Shown one piece after another: positions 9,145 to 16,668 of a DNA stretch of 42,515 nt (its first letter is position 1; the number at the start of each line of letters is the position of its first letter). Location of the stretch: assembly GCA_003167475.1 (NCBI GenBank), contig PMTB01000098.1:1-42515 (forward strand), in the 5' to 3' direction. The stretch is from a candidate division FCPU426 bacterium. GTDB lineage: Bacteria > Oederibacteriota > PGYV01 > Palsa-1178. The translations under genes were made by a program, and so were the position numbers. The notes below the pieces were generated by a model. That model saw only the letters and a program-made list of their open reading frames with translations. It did no database searches and was not told the origin of the DNA.

Positions 9145-9762
9145 ATGAAAGAAAATATTATTGTTCTGGCTGTTATTTTTGCCGTTATTGCCGGCGGCTG
9201 TTCGGAAAATAAAAAAACCGGGGTTGAGGCCTCGTTTGGGGAGGGAAATATGATGGCGAAAAAAATACTTGTTGCTTACGGTTCGGTTTCCGGGTCAACG
9301 GCCGAGACCGCTGTTTTTATCGGCAAAAGGCTTTCGGAGAAAGGCCTGCAGGCTGACGTAAAGCCGGTGGAAAAGATAAAGAGCATCGAAGGATATGACG
9401 GCGTTATAATCGGCAGTTCCATCATGATGGGCAAGATGAAGCAGTCTGTCGTAAAGTTTGTCGAAGCGAAAAAGGACGCGCTTCTGAAAAAGCCGGTGGC
9501 TTTTTTTCTTGTCTGCCTTACCATGAAAGACGACACCCCTGAAAACAGGAAGATAGCGTCCGGTTACCTTGACCCGGCCAAGGCTGTTGTCAAACCCGTG
9601 GGAGAAGGGCTTTTCCCGGGCAGGGTTAATTATAAAACCATCCCATTCCCGTTTAATATTCTGACCCTGTTGCCGGCCTTCAAAAAAGCGGTGCCAGAGG
9701 GTGATTACAGGGACTGGAAAAAAGTTGAAAAATGGGTGGATGAGATAACAACCAAATTTTAG
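9145..9762 (+). CDS. Flavodoxin-like domain protein with lipoprotein-type signal peptide
   Basis: The N-terminus MKENIIVLAVIFAVIAGGCS is a hydrophobic h-region followed by a lipobox-like AGGC. A flavodoxin fold signature follows: KILVAYGSVSGSTAETAVFIGKRL. RBS GGAGGG upstream. The internal MMAKK (about 9250) is a possible alternative cytoplasmic start. Confidence 0.7.
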   Translation: MKENIIVLAVIFAVIAGGCSENKKTGVEASFGEGNMMAKKILVAYGSVSGSTAETAVFIGKRLSEKGLQADVKPVEKIKSIEGYDGVIIGSSIMMGKMKQSVVKFVEAKKDALLKKPVAFFLVCLTMKDDTPENRKIASGYLDPAKAVVKPVGEGLFPGRVNYKTIPFPFNILTLLPAFKKAVPEGDYRDWKKVEKWVDEITTKF

Positions 9763-9809
9763 ATTGTTAAAATTTTAAATTGTTACAGATTGCTGACGAT
9801 AGAACAAAG

Positions 9810-9831
9810 GCCGCAACCTAAAGGTTGCGGC
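9810..9831. repeat. Perfect palindrome GCCGCAACCT-AA-AGGTTGCGGC (REP-like hairpin)
   Basis: The arms are 10 bp. The same CGCAACC/GGTTGCG core recurs as an imperfect hairpin at 9907-9945, followed by ATTTTGT. Confidence 0.5.
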
Positions 9832-9986
9832 TACACAAGCAAGACTGTGCAGCACTGCAAAGAATCGAACTCGAATCGTTTATTGATTTGTATTTGATTA
9901 TGTAGGCGCAACCTTTATCCATATTCTATGGACAATAGGGTTGCGGATTTTGTATGTAACGAGTTTTATTAAAAAAGGGGTAACGA

Positions 9987-10898
9987 GTGGCTATAAAAAC
10001 AGGTAAGTACACAGTCCCAATTACCATTCTTTCAATATTTTTCGGTTCATCCCTGATCCTGTGGTTTTTTACCCGCAGGGTGTTCTTTCTTTTTGACCTT
10101 CCCTACATAGGTTTCGCTGTTGCCGCGGGCATTGTCATCAATATTGCGTCGGGCCGTAAATCAAGCGGCCTTGGAAGGCGAGTGACGCAGCTTATGGTGG
10201 GGCTGTATTTCCTGTTTTTCCTGAACTTGGTGATAAAGGTAAATATGCAGATAGAGGGCCTGTTGTTCCAGGTGCTGACCGGATTTTTCACCGGGGCCTT
10301 CATCCACTACGCCATAGCAAAACTTTTCGGGCCGATTATTTTCAGCAGGGGATTCTGCGGATATGCCTGCTGGACAGCAATGGTGCTTGATTTTCTGCCA
10401 TGGAAAAGGCCCAAAGGCAGGGTAAAAGGCGCCGGAAAATTCAGGTATATACACCTTTATCTTTCGCTTGCCGTGGTTGCGGCGTTTTTATTCGTTTACA
10501 AATATAATCTTAAGACAGGATCCATGGAATCAATATACTGGTTTACGGCTGGAAACGTCATATACTACGCTGCCGGGATCACAATGGCGTACGTTCTAAA
10601 GGACAACAGGGCATTCTGCAAATATCTCTGCCCTGTCGCGGCACTGATGAAGGTCCCGGCAAGGTTCTCATATTTCAAACTTGAGGCTGAAGCCGGCAAA
10701 TGCACAATGTGCGGCGCATGCGAAAAAATATGCCCCATGGATATAAATATCATGAAATATACGTTTCAAAATAAACGGATACTCTCGACAGAATGCATAC
10801 TCTGCAGTGAGTGTTCATCGGTATGCCCTGAAAAGGCCATTTCAATCACGAAAGGTTTTGACATCGGAACGGACGGGTATATCAATTACCGGGAATAG
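9987..10898 (+). CDS. NapH/MauN-like membrane-bound 4Fe-4S ferredoxin-type protein
   Basis: Multiple TM helices carry the CGYACW and CKYLCP motifs. The C-terminus has two CxxCxxCxxxCP clusters (CTMCGACEKICP, CILCSECSSVCP). GTG start. Confidence 0.8.
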   Translation: MAIKTGKYTVPITILSIFFGSSLILWFFTRRVFFLFDLPYIGFAVAAGIVINIASGRKSSGLGRRVTQLMVGLYFLFFLNLVIKVNMQIEGLLFQVLTGFFTGAFIHYAIAKLFGPIIFSRGFCGYACWTAMVLDFLPWKRPKGRVKGAGKFRYIHLYLSLAVVAAFLFVYKYNLKTGSMESIYWFTAGNVIYYAAGITMAYVLKDNRAFCKYLCPVAALMKVPARFSYFKLEAEAGKCTMCGACEKICPMDINIMKYTFQNKRILSTECILCSECSSVCPEKAISITKGFDIGTDGYINYRE

Positions 10899-10909
10899 AT
10901 CAATATAAA

Positions 10910-11545
10910 TTGACGATGGAGGCACGGGTCTTGAACAACTGCACAAAGTTACTTGTAGTCATCATTGGTATTATTACCGGTTCGACAGGTTTTTTACACG
11001 GACTGGCTGAGGCCATGCGGGGAAACAAACCGACCAATGGTATTATGATGGCTGACATTGGAGCCATATCCTTAATCCCGAACTACCTACTCACGGGTAT
11101 TGCCGCGATGTTCTTCGGCGTATCTATGATCGTTTGGTCAGCCTCATCCATCCATAAAAAAAACGGGCCAGTTGCGTTTATGGTCATTTCGATCCTTCTG
11201 TTCCTCAGCGGCGGCGGCATTATGATGGTCCTTCCGGTGATTATTGTCTGGGCTTTGGCGGCCAGGCTGGATAAGCCGCTAAACTGGTGGAGAAAGATCC
11301 TGCCGGAAAGATCCAGAAAAACATTATCCGGCCTGTGGAAGCTCTCATTCATTTCATGTTTTTTCTCATTATTAACAGCCATACTTATCTGGATATTCCT
11401 GACCCCGCCGGGTCCTTCCTATAAATCCCCGGTGTATGTATACACTTGCTGGTCATTTCTTTTACTCGCCATTGTGTTCCTGATAATGACAATTATAACT
11501 GGTTTTGCGAGGGATATAGTTGTCAGGGATGAAGTAATCATATGA
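10910..11545 (+). CDS. Hypothetical polytopic membrane protein
   Basis: About six hydrophobic segments and no recognisable motif. TTG start at 10910, or ATG at 10916. The stop overlaps the next start (ATGA at 11542-11545). Confidence 0.6.
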   Translation: MTMEARVLNNCTKLLVVIIGIITGSTGFLHGLAEAMRGNKPTNGIMMADIGAISLIPNYLLTGIAAMFFGVSMIVWSASSIHKKNGPVAFMVISILLFLSGGGIMMVLPVIIVWALAARLDKPLNWWRKILPERSRKTLSGLWKLSFISCFFSLLTAILIWIFLTPPGPSYKSPVYVYTCWSFLLLAIVFLIMTIITGFARDIVVRDEVII

Positions 11546-12174
11546 AAATCACAGTTTTTGGGGCCACTGGAAAAGCCGGCCAGGAAATATTGCGGCAGGC
11601 TCTTGGCAGGGGACATGCTGTTGTCGCCTTTGCGCGCAATCCGGAAAAAATAAAATTTACGCATAATTCGCTTTCCATTGCCCGGGGTGGGCTTGATGAT
11701 ATTAAAGCGCTTGAAAAGGCTATCGCGGGAACTGGCTGTATAATAAGTGTGCTTGGGCCCATAGTCAGCACCAGTGGGAATTCGCTGAGTAATGGCGTAA
11801 AAAATATTGTTGATATTGCCGAAAAAAGCGGGGTCAGGCGGTTTTTGCAGATTGCCACCCCGAGCGTGGCTGACCCTAATGACGGGAAAAAATTGATCTT
11901 TCGGCTTATGGTATGGCTGATAAAAATGCTGCTGCCGGGCAGTTATTCCGAGATCGTCCGCATAGGCGGGATTGTCCGTGATTCAAAACTCGATTGGACG
12001 CTTGTACGGGTTCCGCTGCTCAATGAGAAACCACGCTCCGGAAAGATCATTTCGGGATACATAGGCAAAGACCCGCTGGGCATTTCGATTTCACGCGCAG
12101 ACCTTGCGTGGTTCATGCTGGAGCAGGCGGAAAAGGGCGGGTATATAAGACAGGCGCCTGTGATATCGAATTAA
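11542..12174 (+). CDS. NAD(P)H-binding (NmrA/atypical SDR-like) oxidoreductase
   Basis: N-terminal Rossmann motif KITVFGATGKAGQEIL. The length (210 aa) and layout are typical of the NAD(P)H-binding domain family. Confidence 0.8.
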   Translation: MKITVFGATGKAGQEILRQALGRGHAVVAFARNPEKIKFTHNSLSIARGGLDDIKALEKAIAGTGCIISVLGPIVSTSGNSLSNGVKNIVDIAEKSGVRRFLQIATPSVADPNDGKKLIFRLMVWLIKMLLPGSYSEIVRIGGIVRDSKLDWTLVRVPLLNEKPRSGKIISGYIGKDPLGISISRADLAWFMLEQAEKGGYIRQAPVISN

Positions 12175-12189
12175 AAGCATTTGATTGCG

Positions 12190-12296
12190 TAGAGAGGCTG
12201 CTGGAACCTGAGCTTGTCGAAGGTTGCTGCCTCTCCCGGCTGGGTTTTAAGACTTGTTTTAAAGCCGGCAGTGAGAGGGAGCAAGCCCCCTCTCTA
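12190..12296. repeat. Second copy of the TAGAGAGG...CCTCTCTA TIR element
   Basis: TAGAGAGG at 12190-12197 and CCTCTCTA at 12289-12296. It shares the internal blocks GTTTTAAG and GTGAGAGGGAGCA and the terminus AGCCCCCTCTCTA with 698-814. It starts 16 nt after a stop codon. Confidence 0.55.
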
Positions 12297-12423
12297 TATG
12301 TTTTATTATTTTTTCGATTGCCTCCATTGGCGGTTTATCCGGTTTAAAGCGCCTGTCGGTCCGCCGGGACATCAGGAATTTTCTCATCTGCTCCGCGGTA
12401 ACAGGGTTGGCACTTTCGATCAT
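12259..12423 (-). pseudogene. Nitroreductase-like 5' gene remnant truncated at the repeat element
   Basis: The 54-codon minus-strand ORF begins MIESANPVTAEQMRKFLMSRRTDRRFKPDKPPMEAIEKIIKH. This matches the typical nitroreductase N-terminus (RRSxRxF...IexIi). The remaining 12 codons and the stop are encoded by the repeat element. No nitroreductase body follows. Confidence 0.3.
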
Positions 12424-12551
12424 CTCCGGCTTATTGTTATCCCATTGAAGAACTTGCTCCGGGGATATGGCTATGCATTGCCCGCGTGTGCTGCAAAAAT
12501 CATATGTTTAATGCCGAAGTCGCTTTATAAATGGCGCTATCGTTATTGCGG

Positions 12552-14999
12552 TTAAACGGCTATACTTCCGACAAGGAACGGTTTTGACCCCTGCAGGAAG
12601 TCATTTTTGTCCGCGTCCGGGGCGCCGGAGAGTCCCGTCAGCTCATCCAGGACCGCGTTCCAGTTGTACTCATTGAGCACCATCTGCCGGGCCTGTTTTT
12701 GCATTTCATACAGCGCCGGGTTATGTGTTTGGCTCATGAAAATAAGTTTGTTGATCTTTTCCGCCCAGTCATTTATGTCGTTTGCCCGCGCCACGAAACC
12801 GGTGACCGAGTCCTTCACGATTTCCTTTGGGCCTCCGGCGTTGGACACCACCGCCGGAACAGCGCAGGACTGGGCCTCGAGCACCGACATGCCAAAGGTA
12901 TCGGTGTTGCTCGGGAAGACAAAGATATCCGCGCCGGAAATAATGGCCGGCATGACCTGCTGTGCGTGTTTTCCTGTAAAGAAGACCCTTTTTAATGCGC
13001 GGTATTTTTCCTTCAATGCCGCAAGCGACGGGCCGTCGCCGGTTATTATAAGGTTCAAAGAACTGTTCTGCTGGGAAAGTTTCTTGTATACCGACAACAG
13101 GAAATCAAGGTTCTTGTCCTCTGAAACCCTGCCTGTATACAAAAGCGTAACGCCTTCGGGCAGTCCTATCAATTCCCTTAAAAATGTCCTTCCGCCCTCG
13201 CGCGGCGAAAACAAGGCCGCGTCTATGCCGCGCTTGAACAGCGTCATTTTTGAGGGGTTAAAACCGCGGCTTTCCAGTATATCGATGTATTCGGCGGACG
13301 GGACCTTTATCTCGTCCATTGAAGAGTAAAACCAGCGCGTGTAGGACTCTATGATCCCGGTCGCGGATTCGTCATTTATCAGGTTCACGGACTGGGAAGT
13401 GAAGTCGGTGTGATACACGCCCGTGCATTTGGTGCCGGTGAGCTTCGCCGCGAGGTACCCAAGAAGTCCCACAGGGCCGGGGGTCGAGATTATTATCTCA
13501 TCCGGCTCAAAGGCGTATATTTGCCTTATGGATTCCAGCACCGACGGTATCTTGACGCTATATTTGTCGTAATAAGGTATCTTAAAAGTGTGTATGAACG
13601 GGAAGTTTATGGTTCCCGGAGGTATGGAGGCGTTCATCTCATCCTTTGGAATGCTGGTCGCTATCGTGATGTTCCTTTTGTGCAGGTGCGAGTTCCATCC
13701 CAGCGTCTTGAGCGTGACAGACACGCCGTTCAAGTCGTTCAGTGTGTCGGTGAACCAGAGTATTTTTTTACCGCCCTTTTTCCTCAAAGCCTCAAATGAT
13801 TCTGCGTATTTATTGACGACGGAGCGGCCCTTGTAAATGTGCTTGATAGTCGTGAAAAAGGGCGCTGAAAGGAAAAGCGTCATTATGGAAGAAGATACAT
13901 TTTTGATAAGTGAAGCCATGTCGCCTTTGGCAAAGTCGGTTTCCGCGGAAATAAGCAGGTTTTTAAGGAAAGTATCCGCAATGCCGGTTATCTTGGAATA
14001 CACAATATCAAGTTTATCCTCGGCCGGGAGCTCGTTAGAGTCCTTCAGTGAGTCTACAAGGTCGACTATAAGCGACTGTATATCAGGCGCGTTCTTGCCG
14101 CCGAAATATTTCGCTTTGCTTACTTTCAGGTTGTTTTTTATCCCGAGTTTTTTCTTTTCGAATATATACTCCGTGAGCTGGCTTATGATCGAGCCGGACA
14201 TACCGGAGCCTTTTCTTTTTGAAAAATCATAGGCTATCTTGTAGATAGCGAAAGCCAGGCCCTTGAAATCATTATTGCGGCCGCCCGCAAAAGTGGTCTT
14301 GTCCCTGAGCGCTTCCAGGTATTGGGCCGGGGTTACGGCGTTTTCGGCGCAGGTGAATGTCCTGCCGATGAATATGCCCGCATGGTCATCCGAGCCGCCG
14401 GTAAAACCCTTGACCCACGGGTCGCAGCTCATCGGTTCTATCTTATATTTGTCATAAAGCGTTTCCACGTATGCCTGGTCCAGGTTCTTCAGTATCGAAG
14501 TCCAGGTCGAGTTGCTTGAAGAGTCCCTGCTGCCGTTTATACTTTCAAAAACGTCGAAAAGGAGGATGAGCTTTTCCAGGTGGCTGACATCGAGTTTTCC
14601 GTTGACCGAATATGATGCATGCGCCACGGAGTAGGCTATAGAGTGTTCTTTTATGAAATTCCGGAGTTTATATATATCGGTCCTGAGTTTCTGCACCCTC
14701 ATAAACTCCTCTTCGGTAATTCCGTAAAGAAGTATATGCACCTTGCATCCGTCCTCGGGAAAGTAAGCTGTCACTTCAACTCCTGTAAAAGTGTCGGACG
14801 GGTGCTTCGCGTGCAAAAGAAAGGATCCTTCTATGGTGTTATGGTCGGTGATCGTGACGAAATCCATGCCCTTTTCTTTGGCTTCCTTATAGATGAATTC
14901 CGGCTCGGTGTAACTCTCCGACGCGCCTATCCTTTGCAGGAACCATTCCGAAGGGTGTTCCGAGTATCTTGAGTGGACGTGAAGGTCTGTTTTTGCCAT
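12552..14999 (-). CDS. PHP-domain phosphoesterase fused to a GT4 (group 1) glycosyltransferase
   Basis: N-terminal PHP motifs: DLHVHSRYSEHP, TITDHN, GVEVTAY, KVHILLYG, FTGGSDDHAG. The C-terminal ~380 aa form a GT-B/GT4 domain (ILWFTDT..., LLYTGRVSEDKNLDFL, FVFPSNTDTFGMSVLEAQSCAVPAVVSNAGGPKEIV). RBS AGGAGA upstream. Confidence 0.85.
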   Translation of the reverse strand: MAKTDLHVHSRYSEHPSEWFLQRIGASESYTEPEFIYKEAKEKGMDFVTITDHNTIEGSFLLHAKHPSDTFTGVEVTAYFPEDGCKVHILLYGITEEEFMRVQKLRTDIYKLRNFIKEHSIAYSVAHASYSVNGKLDVSHLEKLILLFDVFESINGSRDSSSNSTWTSILKNLDQAYVETLYDKYKIEPMSCDPWVKGFTGGSDDHAGIFIGRTFTCAENAVTPAQYLEALRDKTTFAGGRNNDFKGLAFAIYKIAYDFSKRKGSGMSGSIISQLTEYIFEKKKLGIKNNLKVSKAKYFGGKNAPDIQSLIVDLVDSLKDSNELPAEDKLDIVYSKITGIADTFLKNLLISAETDFAKGDMASLIKNVSSSIMTLFLSAPFFTTIKHIYKGRSVVNKYAESFEALRKKGGKKILWFTDTLNDLNGVSVTLKTLGWNSHLHKRNITIATSIPKDEMNASIPPGTINFPFIHTFKIPYYDKYSVKIPSVLESIRQIYAFEPDEIIISTPGPVGLLGYLAAKLTGTKCTGVYHTDFTSQSVNLINDESATGIIESYTRWFYSSMDEIKVPSAEYIDILESRGFNPSKMTLFKRGIDAALFSPREGGRTFLRELIGLPEGVTLLYTGRVSEDKNLDFLLSVYKKLSQQNSSLNLIITGDGPSLAALKEKYRALKRVFFTGKHAQQVMPAIISGADIFVFPSNTDTFGMSVLEAQSCAVPAVVSNAGGPKEIVKDSVTGFVARANDINDWAEKINKLIFMSQTHNPALYEMQKQARQMVLNEYNWNAVLDELTGLSGAPDADKNDFLQGSKPFLVGSIAV

Positions 15000-15057
15000 G
15001 TGTTTTCTCCTTTGTTTGTCTTGCCCGAAGTATAGCTTTAGCCAGGGGTGTTTTCGT

Positions 15058-15116
15058 TTAATCCAATGTTAATTTCCGGTTAATTCCACGAGAGGCCATA
15101 TTAACGATAAATTAAA
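15058..15116. promoter_or_regulatory. Five phased TTAAY repeats (candidate Pho boxes) in the divergent PHP-GT4 / GAK-cluster promoter region
   Basis: TTAAT at 15058, 15069 and 15080 have exact 11-bp spacing. TTAAC at 15101 and TTAAA at 15112 are also 11 bp apart. Confidence 0.45.
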
Positions 15117-15160
15117 AATTAATTTACCGGCTGTTAATTGGCGGTGTGTATAAGTGTGGC

Positions 15161-16360
15161 ATGACAAAAAAACTAAAAGTGTTTGAGACAGGCGTAAGCG
15201 CCAAGGCGTCAAAAGGGCTTGAGTATGAGTTTATTGACACCCGCGAAATAAGCGGGGATATTGAAGAGTGGGAACTTAAGGCTTTTTTACGGGTTGTGTC
15301 GGCTGAATTAAGCCCGGAGCAGGAAGACGCCATAGTCAATCCCGGGAATTCTTTTCACCTTCAGCAGGATGTCCTGGCGGTTCACTGGCATCCCGAACAC
15401 ATTCCCTTTACCATGTTAAAGCAGAGGATAGCGAAGCTTTATCCGGACGCTACAAACACGCTTATAATTCCGACCCAGCACAATACGCTGCTGGAATTCG
15501 ACGGCTATGCGGGTCTTGAGATAGATTGCTACTCCCCGGAATTTGACAGGAAGGTGCAGTTGCTGCTCCACTTTACTTCGGAAAAGGCCCTTGCGGCGGA
15601 TAAGATCAGGGTTATGGCGGAGCACACATTCAAATACAGGTCAAAACAGCTTTTTGAAATACTTCACACCCTTACAGAGCCGGCTTTGGACGGCCCGCTT
15701 TATAAAGCCATGGAATCCACGGAAGCCGGGGAAAATATCGTCGGGTTTGTAAAAATATACGCGGGTAAACTTATCAAACTGATAGAAGAAAACGAGGGCT
15801 CCATAAAGCCCGATTTCATAAAAAACAAGATCATACGGGATTTTTTTGATGAATTAAGGGAAGTGTACGACGGGCATGTCATCAACCTGTCGCAGATATT
15901 CATCAAGGCCGTCAAGGAAAATGTCAAGGCTGTGTTTTCGCCGAAATATTTCTATAAGACCCAGGATGTAATTTCCGAAGCAAGGCTCTGCGGAGGCGGG
16001 ATCGTGGTTCCGCATCCGGAGCAGTTCTGGCCCATACTGCTCGCCGATTATGACGTGGATGGTTTCGAGGTCTGGAACCCGCAGTCCAGGCAGTATACGG
16101 AGTTCCTCACAGGCGTTGTGGCAAGGAACAATAAGGGCAGGAAAAATCAGGACAGGCCGCTGCTTGTTTTTATGGGGGATGACACTCATATGGGGGAAAA
16201 GATAAAGAAACCGTCGCTGCGGGACCCTGATAAAGCCTCGCGCGAAATAGGAATGCAGCCTGCCTGGGACGACCTTGATATACGGCAGGCTCTTAAGGAT
16301 TCGCGCGTTTCAAGGGCGCAGACTATAAATGAATACAGGCAAAGGCTCGACCAGGCCTGA
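15161..16360 (+). CDS. Divergent PHP-like phosphoesterase-family protein (first gene of the GAK-type cluster)
   Basis: PHP-like motifs AVHWHPEH, VVPHPEQFW, DGFEVWNPQS and FMGDDTHMG resemble the HxH, HP, EvxN and GxDxH motifs of the neighbouring PHP-GT4 protein. I prefer the ATG at 15161 to the listed GTG at 15146. Confidence 0.65.
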   Translation: MTKKLKVFETGVSAKASKGLEYEFIDTREISGDIEEWELKAFLRVVSAELSPEQEDAIVNPGNSFHLQQDVLAVHWHPEHIPFTMLKQRIAKLYPDATNTLIIPTQHNTLLEFDGYAGLEIDCYSPEFDRKVQLLLHFTSEKALAADKIRVMAEHTFKYRSKQLFEILHTLTEPALDGPLYKAMESTEAGENIVGFVKIYAGKLIKLIEENEGSIKPDFIKNKIIRDFFDELREVYDGHVINLSQIFIKAVKENVKAVFSPKYFYKTQDVISEARLCGGGIVVPHPEQFWPILLADYDVDGFEVWNPQSRQYTEFLTGVVARNNKGRKNQDRPLLVFMGDDTHMGEKIKKPSLRDPDKASREIGMQPAWDDLDIRQALKDSRVSRAQTINEYRQRLDQA

Positions 16361-16377
16361 TAACGGGAGGTGTATGA

Positions 16378-16665
16378 ATGTCGGGTTCAAACGAGGATTT
16401 TAAGTATGAGTCCCTTCAGGACAGGAACTCCATCGCCAAGTACCTGGACGCTTTAAAGGACGGTTTCTCCAGCGGGAAACTTATTTTGGGAAGCAAGGAA
16501 AAGCAGATTGTTTTCGAGCCGTCGGGGCTTTTAAGGCTTGAGGTAAAAGCCAAACGGAAGGGCGACAAGGTGAAGATCAGCCTGAAATGCAGCTGGCGGG
16601 AGCAATCACAGACAAAAGAACAAAAAGGCGAGTCTCTTGTAATAGAGTCAAAAAAGCAGGGGTGA
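16378..16665 (+). CDS. Amphi-Trp domain small protein, paralog 1
   Basis: The 95-aa protein aligns without gaps to the three ORFs at 20340-21413, with invariant G, P, A, K and W (SWRE). RBS GGGAGGTG upstream. Confidence 0.75.
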   Translation: MSGSNEDFKYESLQDRNSIAKYLDALKDGFSSGKLILGSKEKQIVFEPSGLLRLEVKAKRKGDKVKISLKCSWREQSQTKEQKGESLVIESKKQG

Positions 16666-16668
16666 TGA

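Noticed and set aside
12214-12555. 113-aa plus-strand ORF between the oxidoreductase and the PHP-GT4 gene
   Set aside because: It runs through the repeat element and opposite the nitroreductase-like stump. Its composition is Arg/Leu/Pro-rich and not protein-like, and it has no RBS.
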